Assembly: GCA_045648925.1 (NCBI GenBank)
Contig: JAZROY010000001.1
Span: forward strand, 8,841-72,840
Reading direction: 5' to 3'
Source: Candidatus Enterousia sp.
GTDB taxonomy: Bacteria > Pseudomonadota > Alphaproteobacteria > Rs-D84
DNA length: 64,000 nt
In this document: positions 37,388-48,478 of the stretch, piece by piece
Position numbering within the stretch: position 1 is the stretch's first letter
How the letters are laid out: each line of letters begins with the position of its first letter
Notes under the pieces: generated by a model
What the model was told of the DNA's origin: nothing
The model's database searches: none
Seen by the model: only the letters and a program-made list of their open reading frames with translations
Program-made: the position numbers and the translations under genes

Positions 37388-38698
37388 TTATTTTACAGAT
37401 GCCTGTTTAAACAATTCTTCTGCGGGAACAGATTTTTCTTTGTGTTTTACATGCTTTAACATAGCATCCAAAGCTTTTCTTTCAAAAATCATACCGCGTA
37501 ACATAGTGACAGCATTTTGATTTTTGTTATAAAATTCAAAAATCTGTTTTGGATCTGGATAACGAGATGCTTCTGCCCAGATTGCCTGTTGCAAATCGTC
37601 ACGAGTCACTTCGACTTTGTGTTGGGTGCCCCATTCTGCCAATACCAAGCCCAATTTTACACGACGTTCCGCATCTTTCTTTTCTTGTTTTTCGTCCCAT
37701 TTATGATCTTTGCATTTTTTGTCATCGCAATGTGCGTGTTGTGCATCGTGTTCTTGTTTTGCCATATTTAATTCTTGGGTAACCAAAGATTCAGGTAAAT
37801 CCATTTTTACTTTGTCGCCCAATATTTCCAACAATTCGTTACGCATTTCGCGTTGGGCCGCTTCGTCATATTGATTGTTGATAATTTTACGGATGTGTTC
37901 CTTTAATTTTTCAACAGAATCTTGACCGACTTCTTTTGCCAATTCATCATTTAATTCTGGCAAAATGTGTTTGCGGATTTCATGAATTTTAACTTCGAAT
38001 TTGGCTTTTTTACCCGCTAAATTTTCGGCATGATATTCTTTTGGAAATGTCACATTTACATCAAATTCATCGCCTGCTTTGTGACCGATAATTTGGTCTT
38101 CGAATCCAGGAATAAATGCACCAGAACCCAAAATCAGATGATGTTTTTTTGCTTCGCCACCTTCAAAAGCATCTTTGCCGATAAAGCCCTTGAAATCAAT
38201 AACAGCAACATCGCCATTAGTAGCTTTGTACTTTTCATCTTGTTTTTCGGCAACACTGCGTGATTTGCGGATGTTTTCCAAAGCAATATCAACTTCTTTT
38301 TCATCCAGTTTGGCAACTTTCTTGGTGACCGTAATTTTTGATAAATCAATTTCAGGCAATACAGGTAATACATCGAATTCAATAGAATATTCAATATCTT
38401 TACCAACATTGAACCCAGCAAAATCAACCTTTGGTTGAGCTGCAAGACGCAATTTTTTATCGCTGATATATTTTTGTAAATCTTCGTTGATGGCTTTATC
38501 GACCGCTTCGCCCCATGCAGATGCGTTATATCTTTGGCGCAATACAGATAAAGGAATATGTCCAGGACGAAAACCACGTAATTTTGCAGTTTTGCCAAAT
38601 TCGGTTAAAACTTTGTCGGCCGCTTTTTGTAAATCATCGGCGCTGATTTTGCCGTTCAGAGAATAATGTAAATCTTTAACTTTTTCTTTTGTAAACAT
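37388..38698 (-). CDS. tig: Trigger factor
   Basis: GFRPGHIP signature, FKBP domain FIPGFEDQI..VTFP.EYHA..LAGK. Confidence 0.96.
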   Translation of the reverse strand: MFTKEKVKDLHYSLNGKISADDLQKAADKVLTEFGKTAKLRGFRPGHIPLSVLRQRYNASAWGEAVDKAINEDLQKYISDKKLRLAAQPKVDFAGFNVGKDIEYSIEFDVLPVLPEIDLSKITVTKKVAKLDEKEVDIALENIRKSRSVAEKQDEKYKATNGDVAVIDFKGFIGKDAFEGGEAKKHHLILGSGAFIPGFEDQIIGHKAGDEFDVNVTFPKEYHAENLAGKKAKFEVKIHEIRKHILPELNDELAKEVGQDSVEKLKEHIRKIINNQYDEAAQREMRNELLEILGDKVKMDLPESLVTQELNMAKQEHDAQHAHCDDKKCKDHKWDEKQEKKDAERRVKLGLVLAEWGTQHKVEVTRDDLQQAIWAEASRYPDPKQIFEFYNKNQNAVTMLRGMIFERKALDAMLKHVKHKEKSVPAEELFKQASVK

Positions 38699-38798
38699 AA
38701 TTTATCCTTTGGATATTAAACTGGGGTTGATTATACAAGTATTTTTTTCAAAATTCAACATAAACATTTATAAAAATATACCTATAATCTCATATAAC

Positions 38799-38825
38799 AA
38801 AAAACCGCCGTTCGGGCGGTTTTTT
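38799..38825. terminator. rplM-rpsI terminator
   Basis: aaaaaaccgcc-gttcg-ggcggtttttt. Confidence 0.85.
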
Positions 38826-38844
38826 GAATAATTCTTGAAAACGA

Positions 38845-39387
38845 TTAACGTTTGCTGAATTGAGTAGAACGACGAGCCTTGTGATAACCATAATGCTTAC
38901 GTTCAACAACACGACTGTCGCGTGTCAAGAAGCCAGCGGCCTTTAATGCCTTGCGTAAATCTGGTTCTGCTTTTTCCAATGCTTTGGAAATACCGTGTTT
39001 TACGGCACCAGCCTGGCCAGATAAACCACCACCGGCAACCATAGCAATTACATCATATGCGCCATCGCGTTTTGTGACATCAAAAGGTTGAACCAAAATC
39101 ATCTGCAACACAGGACGTTTGAAATAATCTTTCATTGGTGTTCCATTGATAACAATGTTGCCCTTGCCCGGTGTCAAATAAACGCGCGCGACAGAGTCCT
39201 TGCGTTTACCGGTTGCGTAAACAGAACCATTCAATTTTGTTGTTGCTACGGTCGCTGTTTTAGCAGCAGCTGAGGTTTTTGTGGTTGTCTTTGTTGTTTT
39301 TGCAGTCGTTGCTTTTTTCGCAGGGGCTGCTTTTTTAGTAGTTGTTTTCACAGCGGTTTTTGTTGCTGTCTTTTTTGTTTCTGCCAT
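38845..39387 (-). CDS. rpsI: 30S ribosomal protein S9 with Lys/Thr/Ala N-terminal extension
   Basis: [38 protein letters not shown]. Confidence 0.97.
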   Translation of the reverse strand: MAETKKTATKTAVKTTTKKAAPAKKATTAKTTKTTTKTSAAAKTATVATTKLNGSVYATGKRKDSVARVYLTPGKGNIVINGTPMKDYFKRPVLQMILVQPFDVTKRDGAYDVIAMVAGGGLSGQAGAVKHGISKALEKAEPDLRKALKAAGFLTRDSRVVERKHYGYHKARRSTQFSKR

Positions 39388-39860
39388 TATTCGCCCCTTT
39401 TGTTTTTACGATTTAAAGAACCAAAATCAATAACGATAGGATTTTGTGCAGCGTGTTTGTGCTCAGCGCCTGCATAAACATGCAATTTAGTCAAACGTTT
39501 GTTAGCCAACGCAACAGCAGTGCGGCGTCCCATCATGCGTTTTACAGCGTTTGTAACCAATTTTTCTGGTTTTTCGTTGCGCATTTGTCCCAATGTTCTT
39601 TCCTTGGTGCTGCCTGTCCAAAGTGAATGCCAAAAGAATTTGGTTTTATCTGCTTTGTGACCAGTCAATGCAACCTTGTCCGCGTTGATAATAATAACAT
39701 GGTCGCCACAATCCATATTTGGTGTCCATGTAGGTTTGTTTTTGCCACGAAGGATATTAGCAGTATATGCCGCCAAACGACCCAATGTGCAATTTGTTGC
39801 GTCAATCAGATACCATTTGGCTTCTAATTCGCACTTTTTTAACGATTTTGTCGTTGTCAT
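39387..39860 (-). CDS. rplM: 50S ribosomal protein L13
   Basis: WYLIDA...LGRLA, GKNKP.WTP.MDCGD; start MTTTKS. Confidence 0.97.
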   Translation of the reverse strand: MTTTKSLKKCELEAKWYLIDATNCTLGRLAAYTANILRGKNKPTWTPNMDCGDHVIIINADKVALTGHKADKTKFFWHSLWTGSTKERTLGQMRNEKPEKLVTNAVKRMMGRRTAVALANKRLTKLHVYAGAEHKHAAQNPIVIDFGSLNRKNKRGE

Positions 39861-39962
39861 TGTTTTTACCTTTTTTGTGTTTGTTAAAAATAACGCACCT
39901 ATTATGTCGCAAACCTGCGAAAAAGTCAAGAAAAATCAATATGGTATTATATTACCGTATAT

Positions 39963-41672
39963 TTACATTTCTTTTGGAATTTTTAATCCCATCAAATCAA
40001 TTGCAGTAGCCAGTGTATCAAAAGTCAATTTTGCGATATAAAGACGCCCTGCCCGTGTTTTGTCATCGATATCATCGCGCAAAATCGGACAATTGTGATA
40101 GAAATTATTTGCCAGTTGACATAAATCATAAGCATAATTAGCAACCAAATCTGTGGCACGATTTTCATAGGCAGACAATAACATATGTTCAAAATCCATA
40201 ATAGCAATTAGCAAATTGCGTTCTTCAATGCTTAATTCAAAAGATTTTGGTTTTGATATTTTTGCCCCTGCCCGTTTTAATACAGAATTCAAACGAACCG
40301 CTGTGTATAATATATATGGTCCTGTCTTTCCTTCGAAACTTGTAATCGCAGATGGGTCAAATATATAATCTGTTTTTACATCGTGAATTAAATCGTTAAA
40401 TTTAACCGCTGCCAAGGCAATAGATTCAATGGTTTTATCGTCTAATTTTTTTCCGGATTCGGCAACACGTACACGTACTGCCTCATTAGCTGTGTTTAAA
40501 ATGTCGTCCAGACCGGCTGCATTTCCATCGCGTGTTTTAAATGGTTTGCCGTCCGAACCATTTATCGTTCCATATCCAATGTGTTCAAATTTTTCATAAG
40601 GATATATCCCTGACATATCAGCAACACGAAAAAGTTGTTCAAAATGTAATGACTGTCGCAAATCTGTGAAATAAATAATTATATCTGGGTGGTCAGTTTT
40701 TTTACGACAATACACAGCAGCTAAATCAGTAGAATCATATGTGTCTGCACCACGAGAATCGCGCCACATATATGGTGGCATTGGTGCATTATCAGTATCG
40801 CGGCGCGTGTTTATAATCATTGCACCATCGTTTTCATAAATCATATGTCTCTTGTTTAATATTTTTTCGACATCCGATAGATATTTTGCCGCGTTGCGTT
40901 CCCCAAGATCATAATCAAAAGGTAGAATATTTAGCCGTCGCACAGTGTTGTTCATCATTTTTAATGATATAGGCAAAAACTTTTCATATAAAGCAAAATA
41001 ACCGGGATGTCCTGCTTGAAATTTTGCTTTGATTTCTTGGGCGCGTGTTTGAAATTCTGGATCTTGTTTTGCCAATTCGGATGCGGCTGGATAATAAGTA
41101 TTCAGTTCTTCTGGGGTGATGTCATAATCCACATGTTTCTTTGAATCAAAATTCGGTTGAAAATATGGCAATTCTGGGTGCAGTTTTTCAATAAAAGCGA
41201 TAACCAATCCCATTGGCTTGCCCCAATCACCGATGTGATTCCAAGAAAATGTTTTATGTCCTACAAATCTGAATATTCTGTTTAATGTATCGCCAACAAT
41301 TGATGTGCGCAAATGCCCAATATGTAGAGATTTAGCAACATTGTATGCACCATAATCCATATCTATGATTAAGGGGCTGTCAGATTTCATTTGTTTTGGC
41401 GCAGATGCATTTTGTAAAATAAAATTGTCTTTGATTTTAATGTTGATAAAGCCAGGGCCAGCAACAGAAACATTTTCAATAAAATCTAACTCTTGCAATT
41501 TTGGAACAATATCTTTTGCCAATTCCCGGGGATTTTTACCTGCAAGTTTCGCACCGACCATGGCGGCATTGGTTGAAAAATCACCAAAATCACGATTTTT
41601 TGGAACTTCAAGATTTGCTTGGAAACCTAATTTATTGTTAATGTTTTTTGATACATAGTCATATAAATTCAT
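39963..41672 (-). CDS. argS: Arginine--tRNA ligase
   Basis: FGDFSTN, AGPGFIN, NVAKSLHIGHLR, PFKTRDG, GKTGPYILY; start MNLYD. Confidence 0.96.
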   Translation of the reverse strand: MNLYDYVSKNINNKLGFQANLEVPKNRDFGDFSTNAAMVGAKLAGKNPRELAKDIVPKLQELDFIENVSVAGPGFINIKIKDNFILQNASAPKQMKSDSPLIIDMDYGAYNVAKSLHIGHLRTSIVGDTLNRIFRFVGHKTFSWNHIGDWGKPMGLVIAFIEKLHPELPYFQPNFDSKKHVDYDITPEELNTYYPAASELAKQDPEFQTRAQEIKAKFQAGHPGYFALYEKFLPISLKMMNNTVRRLNILPFDYDLGERNAAKYLSDVEKILNKRHMIYENDGAMIINTRRDTDNAPMPPYMWRDSRGADTYDSTDLAAVYCRKKTDHPDIIIYFTDLRQSLHFEQLFRVADMSGIYPYEKFEHIGYGTINGSDGKPFKTRDGNAAGLDDILNTANEAVRVRVAESGKKLDDKTIESIALAAVKFNDLIHDVKTDYIFDPSAITSFEGKTGPYILYTAVRLNSVLKRAGAKISKPKSFELSIEERNLLIAIMDFEHMLLSAYENRATDLVANYAYDLCQLANNFYHNCPILRDDIDDKTRAGRLYIAKLTFDTLATAIDLMGLKIPKEM

Positions 41673-41685
41673 AATAAATCCATTT

Positions 41686-42966
41686 TTACAAAGGTAATAC
41701 AACGCGAACTTTTAGTCCACCAAGTTCGCTGTCTTCCAAGAATATTTCGCCACCATGATTTTCAATCGCGGTTTGTGCGATGGACAACCCAAGACCTGTT
41801 CCCCCTGTGGTTTCGTTTCTAGATTCATCCAATCGAACAAATGGTTGTAATGCCAATGCTTTTTTGTCATCTGGAATACCAACCCCGTCATCTTCAATAA
41901 TAACAGTCAAAGAATCTTTGGAATCAATTTCTGTGATTTTAAGTTTTTTCTTGGCAAATCTTGCTGCATTTTCAATGATGTTGGTAAACGCACTGGTTAA
42001 AGCATTTGGACGCGCATAAAATTGAGCCGGCGTTTCAGGAAAATCAAGAATTATTTTTTTGTTAGGAGCAGCATCCCGAGCAATTCTTGTCAACATCGCA
42101 GGTAATTCAACAGTTTGTTCTATTTCTGGCATTTCACCACGCGCGAACGATAAATAGCCATTGACCATTTCTGTCATTCTGTCAATGTTGCGTAATAATT
42201 CTTCTTTGGTCACAGAATCCGTTTCAACCCCCAAACGCATACGGGTCAAAGGTGTTTTTAAATCGTGCCCGACAGCATTCAACATATCTGTTCTGGTTTT
42301 GTTGTAACGTTTTAATCTTTCCTTCATAGTTATCATTGCAGCAGCCGCTTCACGAATTTCAGATGAACCGCTGGGTTTAAATTCAGGCACATCCATTCCG
42401 CGTCCGAATTTATTTGCTGCGTTTGCAATTCGTTTTATACTGCGTGTATGAAGAATTACAAAAGGTGTAATTAATATAGATACTATTATAATAGCACCAA
42501 AAACCCATATTAAAAAAACTTCGGCACTGGTGGAATAAATACGGTGCATAGATGTTCCAAAGGTTACAGTTTTTCCATCTTTTGTTGGTATGTCTATGAA
42601 CAACAATCTTTTTGTACGGTCAATATAAATTTGTGCAGGTTGTTTTAAATTTTTTTGTAAATAATAAGCCAATTCGCCCGCTTCGCGATCTTTGTTATCA
42701 TTATGCTTTGGTCTGTTTAGATTGCTGTTTACGGAAATGTTTATGCCAATATCATGCGCCAGAGTTTGAACTGCGTCCATATTACCCTTTTCCATAAAGT
42801 GAACCATAGTTGTTATTTCTCCAGAAAGTGTTCGTGCCAAAGTCGCATGAACCCGCTTCCAGTGATTGCCGAAAAATGCGTTCGTCACAATCATCAACGC
42901 GATAATAAGTGGAACCAGCACCATTAAAATGGTTCTTGCTAAAAAACTGCGAGGCATAAGTTTCAT
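41686..42966 (-). CDS. EnvZ-like sensor histidine kinase
   Basis: Two TMs, HAMP, GHDLKTPLTR H-box, N/G1/F/G2 boxes. Confidence 0.92.
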   Translation of the reverse strand: MKLMPRSFLARTILMVLVPLIIALMIVTNAFFGNHWKRVHATLARTLSGEITTMVHFMEKGNMDAVQTLAHDIGINISVNSNLNRPKHNDNKDREAGELAYYLQKNLKQPAQIYIDRTKRLLFIDIPTKDGKTVTFGTSMHRIYSTSAEVFLIWVFGAIIIVSILITPFVILHTRSIKRIANAANKFGRGMDVPEFKPSGSSEIREAAAAMITMKERLKRYNKTRTDMLNAVGHDLKTPLTRMRLGVETDSVTKEELLRNIDRMTEMVNGYLSFARGEMPEIEQTVELPAMLTRIARDAAPNKKIILDFPETPAQFYARPNALTSAFTNIIENAARFAKKKLKITEIDSKDSLTVIIEDDGVGIPDDKKALALQPFVRLDESRNETTGGTGLGLSIAQTAIENHGGEIFLEDSELGGLKVRVVLPL

Positions 42967-42975
42967 ACTATCACC

Positions 42976-43614
42976 CTAGATTTTAGTTTTTATTATTTTG
43001 TATCCCGTTCCACGGACAGTTACTATGCTTATATTTGATAATACACCATTTATTTTATTACGCAAGCGTTTTACGACCATTGGCGTTGCTGAAACAGTTT
43101 TTCCAACAGGGGTTGTAAGGTTTTGTAATAATTTTTTTTCTTCTTTGGATAATGATAACAGTTTCTTGTTGCCGGTTTCATCTGAAATAAAAAAATCTTC
43201 CCCGCTGTATATCAATCCAATTGAATCGGTATTATCTGCTGTTGCCACAGGTGTATTCTTGATAATGTTGTTAAGTCGCAATACCAATTCTTGTAATTTA
43301 AACGGCTTTGACATATAATCATTTGCGCCACCAGATAAGCCATCAATAGCATTTTCTGAACCAGACAGCGCGGTTAACATTATAACAGGAGTGTTGTTGT
43401 TATTGTTGCGCAGTTTTTTTAAAAAACTAAGTCCGTCTTGTCCACCCATCATACGGTCTAATACGATGGCTTCGACAGATATTCTTTTTAAAATTTCTTC
43501 GGCATATTCGGCAGATGGTGCGGTTATAACATCAAAATCTACTTTGCGCAAACCCATTGCAAGAGTGTTGCGCAACATATCATCGTCATCAATAATTAAA
43601 ATGCTTTTGGTCAT
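42976..43614 (-). CDS. OmpR-family response regulator
   Basis: IIDDD, VLDRMM, MLTA, KPF; C-terminal RLRNKI..TVRGTGY. Confidence 0.92.
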   Translation of the reverse strand: MTKSILIIDDDDMLRNTLAMGLRKVDFDVITAPSAEYAEEILKRISVEAIVLDRMMGGQDGLSFLKKLRNNNNNTPVIMLTALSGSENAIDGLSGGANDYMSKPFKLQELVLRLNNIIKNTPVATADNTDSIGLIYSGEDFFISDETGNKKLLSLSKEEKKLLQNLTTPVGKTVSATPMVVKRLRNKINGVLSNISIVTVRGTGYKIIKTKI

Positions 43615-44547
43615 TTATTTATATAAAGGATCTACTGCGTATTCACCAGGTTGAATTGCGCGATCAAGATTTTCAGAATTTTTGTATGTTGCGCGGAACT
43701 TTGCGCCATTCGTAGTAAATTCTGTCTTGAATATCAAATACCCGTTTGATGCGCCAGTCGAAGGCCCTTGTAATCCCAACGAATAATATGCGCCAATTAA
43801 ACCATAATCAAGGTCAATATAGTCGACATTTAACAGTAAAGATACATTTGAAACCCCGTCACTGGTCAAATTGCAGGCAAATTCACGATTCATCAATGTT
43901 GCCTGGGAATTATTAGGAACAGAAATGTCCATGATTGTAGGTTCACAAGTGTGTTTTATCCCGTTGATTAAAAATTCATAAGTCATTGTGACGGTTGCGC
44001 GCGAAAGTCCGCGTGATAAATTAACCTGGGAAATTGTTGCTTTTGGTATCTTTACCAGCGCATTGGCAATTCCAGCACGCACAGGAAAAGATATCCCAGA
44101 TTGCAAGCAACTGCGTGAAAATGGGTCTGCTTCACAAATAAAAACCCGAGAGTGTGCATTGGTTAAGAACATATTAGCCAAACTGTTGAATAAAAATGTT
44201 CTTGTTATACGGTCGTTCAACCGTGTACAATTAAAATCACGACAAATTACAGTTGGTCTTTCCGCAAATTGAACCCCAGGGTTATAGGCGGCTTCTTCTG
44301 ATTGAACCTGGTATATAACCTGGTCATAGTCAATTTCGTCATCCATATTCATAAATTCTGTTTCTGGAATAAAATTTACATCGTCAGGATATGCGTAATA
44401 CGAACGCATAGGAACTTCTGTATAAATGGTTTGAATCTCTTCAACCGAATAATTTTCAAAGTCCTCGTTATCCAATCTTGATATACCGGCATATGCGTTG
44501 TTTGCGCAAAATACCAATGCCCCAGTTAATAAAAAAAGTTTTTTCAT
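43615..44547 (-). CDS. Secreted hypothetical protein
   Basis: Signal peptide MKKLFLL..AYA; three Cys pairs; first gene of the two-component/argS operon. Confidence 0.75.
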   Translation of the reverse strand: MKKLFLLTGALVFCANNAYAGISRLDNEDFENYSVEEIQTIYTEVPMRSYYAYPDDVNFIPETEFMNMDDEIDYDQVIYQVQSEEAAYNPGVQFAERPTVICRDFNCTRLNDRITRTFLFNSLANMFLTNAHSRVFICEADPFSRSCLQSGISFPVRAGIANALVKIPKATISQVNLSRGLSRATVTMTYEFLINGIKHTCEPTIMDISVPNNSQATLMNREFACNLTSDGVSNVSLLLNVDYIDLDYGLIGAYYSLGLQGPSTGASNGYLIFKTEFTTNGAKFRATYKNSENLDRAIQPGEYAVDPLYK

Positions 44548-44699
44548 GGTGTTTAACCTTTCTCTCGTGAATTTTATACTATATATAATAGTATATTTTA
44601 TGTGCCTATGTCAAAGCAAAAAATTTTTATTGGAAATATGACTTTTTTGTTTTATATAAATATGATATAATAACGACAAGAAAATAATAGGATATAAAA

Positions 44700-45359
44700 A
44701 TGGTAGATGTTATTATTGCCGGAGAATCTGGAAAATTACATGCAGTTTATCATAAATCTGAACAAGAATCTGCGCCATTGGCGGTCGTGCTTTCGGGCAG
44801 TCCGCGTCAGAAATGCCATATGAACGATAGAATTTCATATGCGATGTTTCGTGCTTTTATGGATATTGGGTTTTCTGTGGTGCGGTTTAATTATCGCGGG
44901 GTTAACGATTCCGAAGGGGCCATTGGAACTACTGCGGATAATATGTTGGATATCGCTACTGTGGTTGATTGGATTCAGAATAAAAATGAAGACAGTGAAA
45001 AAATTTGGCTTGCTGGTCATCAACTTGGTGCCTGGTATGTTTTACAAATGTTGATGAGAAGGCCTGAAATCAGTGGTTTTGCACTGGTGTCACCGGATGT
45101 TTCGGTGTCTGATTTCAGTTTTTTGTCGCCCCGCCCCAATCGTGGTTTGTTGCTTCAGGGTATGAACGAAGGCGAAGAGGCAAATACCTTTGGCGCTCAT
45201 CTTACACAAATTTTGAAAAAACAGGCGCAAATAAGTTTGGAAACAATTCGTGTGAAAAATGCGGATGCTGCGTATTCCCAACCTGGGGATTTGCGACAAA
45301 TGTATAATGATTTAAAGGCGTATGTCGGACGTGAAAATGCTGATGACAAGTTGTTATAA
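44700..45359 (+). CDS. Alpha/beta hydrolase-fold protein, catalytic residues apparently lost
   Basis: [33 protein letters not shown]-like, DFSFLSP.P. Confidence 0.8.
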   Translation: MVDVIIAGESGKLHAVYHKSEQESAPLAVVLSGSPRQKCHMNDRISYAMFRAFMDIGFSVVRFNYRGVNDSEGAIGTTADNMLDIATVVDWIQNKNEDSEKIWLAGHQLGAWYVLQMLMRRPEISGFALVSPDVSVSDFSFLSPRPNRGLLLQGMNEGEEANTFGAHLTQILKKQAQISLETIRVKNADAAYSQPGDLRQMYNDLKAYVGRENADDKLL

Positions 45360-45363
45360 GAAT

Positions 45364-46356
45364 ATGATAGATGAAAATAAACGTTTTATGAATCCAAATA
45401 TTCCAGATGAAATGGCTGCAACAATTCGGCCAAAGGTTTTGTCTGATTTTATTGGGCATGATGCATTGAAACAAAATTTGTCTGTGTTTGTATCGGCTGC
45501 CAAAAATCGTGGCGAAGCAATGGATCATGTTTTGCTTTATGGTCCCCCGGGATTGGGGAAAACGACTTTGGCACACATTGTTGCAAATGAATTAGGAACG
45601 AATTTTCGTGCTACATCTGCACCTATGTTGACCAAACAGGGTGATTTGGCGGCAATTTTGACCGCGTTGGAACCAATGGATGTTTTGTTTATTGATGAAA
45701 TTCATCGTCTGCCAACTGCTATAGAAGAAGTTTTATATTCTGCGATGGAAGATTTTAAATTGGATATAATGTTGGGCGAAGGTCCGACAGCTAAATCTGT
45801 TCGTATAGATTTACCGCCGTTTACTTTGGTTGGTGCAACAACACGAACTGGTTTATTGTCTAATCCGTTGCGTGACAGGTTTGGTATTGATTTACGGTTG
45901 TCTTTTTATCCTGCATCTGATTTGGCAAAAATCATTATGCGCAGTGCGAATATATTGGGAACAAAAATAGACGAAAATGGTGCAAAGTTATTGGCGAACT
46001 CTTCGCGTGGAACACCGCGTATTGCAAACCGATTGTTAAAACGTGCGCGTGATTTTGCGACTGCAATTGGTAAAGATTTTATTGATGCAGAAACGATAAA
46101 AACAACGTTGTATCAACTAGATATCGATGAAAAAGGATTGGATAAAATTGATCGTGAATATATGGATGCGATAATAAAACATTATGCCGGTGGTCCGGTC
46201 GGAATTGATAATTTGGCTGCGGCTTTGTCTGAACCTGCGGATACCATTGAAGATGTAATTGAACCGTATTTAATGCAACTTGGGTTTATACAAAGAACCC
46301 CGCGTGGTCGTATTGTGACCGAAAGTGGATATAAACATTTGGGGCTTGAAAAATAA
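45364..46356 (+). CDS. ruvB: Holliday junction branch migration helicase RuvB
   Basis: [41 protein letters not shown]; start MIDENK. Confidence 0.97.
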   Translation: MIDENKRFMNPNIPDEMAATIRPKVLSDFIGHDALKQNLSVFVSAAKNRGEAMDHVLLYGPPGLGKTTLAHIVANELGTNFRATSAPMLTKQGDLAAILTALEPMDVLFIDEIHRLPTAIEEVLYSAMEDFKLDIMLGEGPTAKSVRIDLPPFTLVGATTRTGLLSNPLRDRFGIDLRLSFYPASDLAKIIMRSANILGTKIDENGAKLLANSSRGTPRIANRLLKRARDFATAIGKDFIDAETIKTTLYQLDIDEKGLDKIDREYMDAIIKHYAGGPVGIDNLAAALSEPADTIEDVIEPYLMQLGFIQRTPRGRIVTESGYKHLGLEK

Positions 46357-46379
46357 CTTTAATTTTATCGGATAACACA

Positions 46380-46757
46380 ATGACAAAAGTATATAAATTT
46401 AATTTCACTGTTGCGTATGCGGACACCGATGCAGAGGGTGTAATGTATCATGCGCGATATATAGAAGTTGCAGAACGGGCGCGTTTTGATTTTTCTAAAA
46501 AAATACCGGTGTTGGATGGTGATGTTGGTTTTGTTGCACGTGATTTGAATATTAAATATATGTATCCGTTGTTTTTGGGTGATGATTTTGTTGTAGAGAC
46601 ACGTTTTGTAAAAATTGGTGCAGCATCTTTAACAATTGAACAAAAATTCGTGAAATGTGATAAAATTTGTGCTATAATGAATATAACCATAGCGTATTTA
46701 GGTTCTGATATGCGCCCCAAGGCGATACCAGATGAGATTGTAAATGCGTTGAAATAA
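46380..46757 (+). CDS. ybgC: YbgC-family acyl-CoA thioesterase
   Basis: YADTDAEGVMYHARY..ERAR; position between ruvB and tolQ. Confidence 0.88.
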   Translation: MTKVYKFNFTVAYADTDAEGVMYHARYIEVAERARFDFSKKIPVLDGDVGFVARDLNIKYMYPLFLGDDFVVETRFVKIGAASLTIEQKFVKCDKICAIMNITIAYLGSDMRPKAIPDEIVNALK

Positions 46758-46783
46758 AACTTTTAAAGGGAGGGTTTAATAAA

Positions 46784-47275
46784 ATGGAAAATAGTTTTTC
46801 TTTGTTGTCTTTGTTTAGTGGACGCGATTTGATGACACTTTCTGTGTCTTTGATTTTGGTTGCTGCCAGTATTATGTCTTGGGCGGTTATAATCGAAAAA
46901 ATTCGGATTTGGAATTTTCAAAAACATCATCCTGTTTCTGTAAAAAGTACAGATAATTTGGATACTGTTGTTGATAAATTAATTCGTCCGTTTGATAAGA
47001 ATTTGTGGTTTTTATCAATGGTGTCTTATGTTGCGCCTTTTGTAGGGTTGTTTGGAACTGTGTGGGGTGTTATGGATTCTTTCGCGGCAATTGGCGTTAA
47101 TCAGTCGGTCAGTATCGGTGTTATTGCGCCGGGGTTGGCGGTAGCGCTTGGAACGACTGCGTTGGGGTTGATTGCGGCTGTGCCTGCGGCGATTGCGTAT
47201 AATGTTTTTTCCAAAAAGTCAGACGATTTATATGATGCTTTGGATGACAAAGTCAAAGAATTAAAACATAAATAA
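46784..47275 (+). CDS. tolQ: TolQ (MotA/TolQ/ExbB family), shortened
   Basis: APFVGLFGTVWGVM.SF, IAPG...AL.TTALGL.AAVPA.IAYN. Confidence 0.88.
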   Translation: MENSFSLLSLFSGRDLMTLSVSLILVAASIMSWAVIIEKIRIWNFQKHHPVSVKSTDNLDTVVDKLIRPFDKNLWFLSMVSYVAPFVGLFGTVWGVMDSFAAIGVNQSVSIGVIAPGLAVALGTTALGLIAAVPAAIAYNVFSKKSDDLYDALDDKVKELKHK

Positions 47276-47291
47276 AAAACGGGAATTAAAA

Positions 47292-47696
47292 ATGTCCAGA
47301 AGACGTTCGAATGTTAATGATGCAAATATGTCGTTGACACCAATGATAGACATTATGACGACTTTGTTGGCGGTGTTTATGGTGACAACCCCATTGATGA
47401 CATCTGGTATTGATATAGAATTGCCACGCGCAGGAAGGTCTGCAATGACTGGCAACGATCATGCGATTCAAATAAGTGTGGATTCACATGGAAATTATTA
47501 TTTGTCAGATCAAAGGTTGCCACGTGATGAAATTGTAAAACGTGCGATTGCTATGCGTGGGGAAAATCCGAATTTGGCAATAACTTTAAGTGGTGATACC
47601 CATGCTGATTATGGTGCGGTTATGTCTATGATGGGTAAATTAAAAGATGTTGGTTTTCAACGTGTGGGATTAAGAACAAAACTTGATAACAAATAA
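47292..47696 (+). CDS. tolR: TolR (ExbD family)
   Basis: LTPMIDIM..LL.VFMVT.P, GD...DYG.VM. Confidence 0.88.
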   Translation: MSRRRSNVNDANMSLTPMIDIMTTLLAVFMVTTPLMTSGIDIELPRAGRSAMTGNDHAIQISVDSHGNYYLSDQRLPRDEIVKRAIAMRGENPNLAITLSGDTHADYGAVMSMMGKLKDVGFQRVGLRTKLDNK

Positions 47697-48442
47697 TGAA
47701 AAAGAAAACGCAATTTCAAAGTGAAAACATTATGATGTCTGTTTTGGGACATATGGTTTTGCTTGCGATATTAATGATGTCTTTTACTGCTGTGGTTGAA
47801 CGGGCAAAACTGGTGGCACCGAATCGTATTGAAATTATAGAAATAGATTTAAAAAATGTTCGGGTTAGTGGTAACGAAACTAAACTTTATAATACATCTG
47901 TTCCCCAGAAAAATGATAATGAAAAAATAGATAAAAAGGCCGAAAGCAAAGAAAATATCCAAGATGAAAGAATTGACTTGAAACAACCAACTATTGTTGA
48001 AGATGAAAGTAAAAAGTCAAGTAAAGAAAAATCTCCAGAAACAGAAGAACAAAAAGAAGAAGATAAACCTGCCCCGCGCAAGAAAAAATTGGTTCGTGTT
48101 AATCGTGAGGTTTTATCTTTGGACAGGACGATGACGATATCTGTTATTGATGCGTTGCGTGTTGCGTTAACGCGTTGTTGGAATATTGATACAACGCGAC
48201 CGGGATTGGAAGATATTCGTCTTACTGCGCATATAAAGTTTTTGCCAACAGGTGTTGTCGATAGATTGTGGTTCGAATCTGAATCACTTGCCCAAACAGA
48301 CCCTGATTTTGCGTATGTTTTGGAAACAGCCAAAGAAGCAATCAAAACTTGTTCGCCTTTTTCAATGTTGCCGCGTAATGAATTTGATACATGGCAGGAT
48401 ACAACAGTTACGTTTTATCCAACATCTGGCAAGGTTATGTAA
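47696..48442 (+). CDS. tolA: TolA-like energy transducer
   Basis: N-terminal TM with S..GH motif, charged linker, C-domain RCW..A..AI..CSPF..LP...W. Confidence 0.75.
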   Translation: MKKKTQFQSENIMMSVLGHMVLLAILMMSFTAVVERAKLVAPNRIEIIEIDLKNVRVSGNETKLYNTSVPQKNDNEKIDKKAESKENIQDERIDLKQPTIVEDESKKSSKEKSPETEEQKEEDKPAPRKKKLVRVNREVLSLDRTMTISVIDALRVALTRCWNIDTTRPGLEDIRLTAHIKFLPTGVVDRLWFESESLAQTDPDFAYVLETAKEAIKTCSPFSMLPRNEFDTWQDTTVTFYPTSGKVM

Positions 48443-48470
48443 AAAAAATCGCCGTGGTGGCGATTTTTTT
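48441..48470. terminator. Bidirectional terminator between tolA and rnpB
   Basis: aaaatcgcc-gtggt-ggcgatttt. Confidence 0.85.
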
Positions 48471-48478
48471 ATTTAAGT

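Noticed and set aside
38845-39387. Lys/Thr/Ala tails of S9 and GcrA as histone-like fusions
   Set aside because: Low-complexity extensions are common in these proteins
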